Shown piece by piece: positions 63,615 to 64,000 of a stretch of 64,000 bases of DNA. Position 1 is the first letter of the stretch; each line of letters begins with the position of its first letter. The DNA is from Actinomycetes bacterium. Lineage in GTDB: Bacteria > Actinomycetota > Acidimicrobiia > Acidimicrobiales > RAAP-2. Location of the stretch: contig JAJZMD010000017.1 of the NCBI GenBank assembly GCA_021803085.1, forward strand, positions 11,393 to 75,392, written 5' to 3'. The position numbers were made by a program, and so were the translations under genes. Below the pieces are notes generated by a model. That model did not search any database. It saw nothing but the letters and a program-made list of their open reading frames with translations, and had not been told where the DNA came from.

Positions 63615-64000
63615 CTACAGGGGGGTCACCTCGCGGCTGCGCTGGACCCGGACGACGATGGTGACGAGGACGATCCACAGCAGCGCCACGATCCCGAGCA
63701 GCACGCCGACGACGACCCTGCCGATGGCACCGTCGGGCCGGATCGCTTCGGTGCTGCCGGCGAACGGATGGACGGCAGCGGTCGCGCGGTAGCTGGTCGT
63801 GGCGGTGGCGAGCGTGTTGCCGGAGCTGTCGGTGGCGGTGGCGACGAGCGGCTGGCGACCGGTGAAGGTCGGGGAGTAGTTGAGGCGGGCGTCGCCTGCG
63901 GCGTTGGTCGTCGCCGAGCCGAGCGTGAGCAGCGGCGCCCCTGTGAACTCGTCGAGGTGGACGGCGAAGGTGATCGTCACGCCCTTGACGGCCCGGTCCG
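63615..64000 (-). CDS. C-terminal part of a beta-rich (Ig-like) surface protein with C-terminal TM anchor; 5' end beyond the window
   Basis: The frame is open to base 64000 (..DRAVKGVTITFAVHLDEF..) and ends with VVVGVLLGIVALLWIVLVTIVV RVQRSRE. Confidence 0.6.
   Translation of the reverse strand, partial: DRAVKGVTITFAVHLDEFTGAPLLTLGSATTNAAGDARLNYSPTFTGRQPLVATATDSSGNTLATATTSYRATAAVHPFAGSTEAIRPDGAIGRVVVGVLLGIVALLWIVLVTIVVRVQRSREVTPL

Overview
High-GC (roughly 70%) actinobacterial-type chromosomal segment, densely coding, with about 58 CDS. I saw no rRNA, tRNA or CRISPR array by eye. Many long ORFs in the supplied track are wrong-frame artefacts of the GC content; I chose frames by protein family motifs, RBS placement and 4-nt start/stop overlaps.

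Layout:
- (1) 1-10.4 kb: an N-heterocycle (purine/hydantoin-type) degradation cluster. It has two amidohydrolases, one SsnA-like, followed by a translationally coupled 5-gene operon: M20 carbamoylase-type amidase, nitrilase-type carbamoylase, XdhD-like [2Fe-2S]-molybdopterin hydroxylase, LLM oxidoreductase and a diaminopropionate-ammonia-lyase-like PLP enzyme. A divergent DUF77-HTH regulator sits upstream, with twin palindromes in the intergenic region.
- (2) 10.4-14.8 kb: a metal/thiol-redox block (CsoR with an operator-like palindrome, a small Cys-rich ORF, PIG-L deacetylase, DUF302, thioredoxin) and a kinase-less KdpD-N/Usp gene.
- (3) 14.85-44.2 kb: 27 consecutive minus-strand genes forming a large CoA-ester/organic-acid catabolic supercluster. 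It contains a TcuA-like dehydrogenase, a MaoC/ACAD/CaiB/PrpD block, 5 crotonases, 2 FAH proteins, 4 LLM oxidoreductases, an ADP-forming acyl-CoA synthetase, IclR, and a HAAT-type ABC importer flanked by two paralogous alpha/beta hydrolases. An MFS gene follows.
- This whole 31.3-kb block is bracketed by a 79-bp direct repeat (76/79 identical). The repeat duplicates the 3' end of the KdpD-N/Usp gene, which is an att-like island signature, but no integrase is present.
- (4) 46-48.5 kb: metX-metY with a repeat-rich leader.
- (5) 49.8-53.4 kb: a zinc-ribbon/class III cyclase/STAND ATPase/TPR giant.
- (6) 54.5-60 kb: a candidate redox module (membrane polyferredoxin, ferredoxin-GltD-flavodoxin fusion, deazaflavin-type reductase) with a divergent Rrf2-START-like fusion regulator.
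- (7) 60.3-62.2 kb: a GGDEF/HD-GYP pair, then a degraded IS1182-like transposase remnant and a partial surface-protein gene at the right edge.

Short perfect tandem repeats (9-21 bp) are unusually frequent, several of them in-frame at gene 5' ends.
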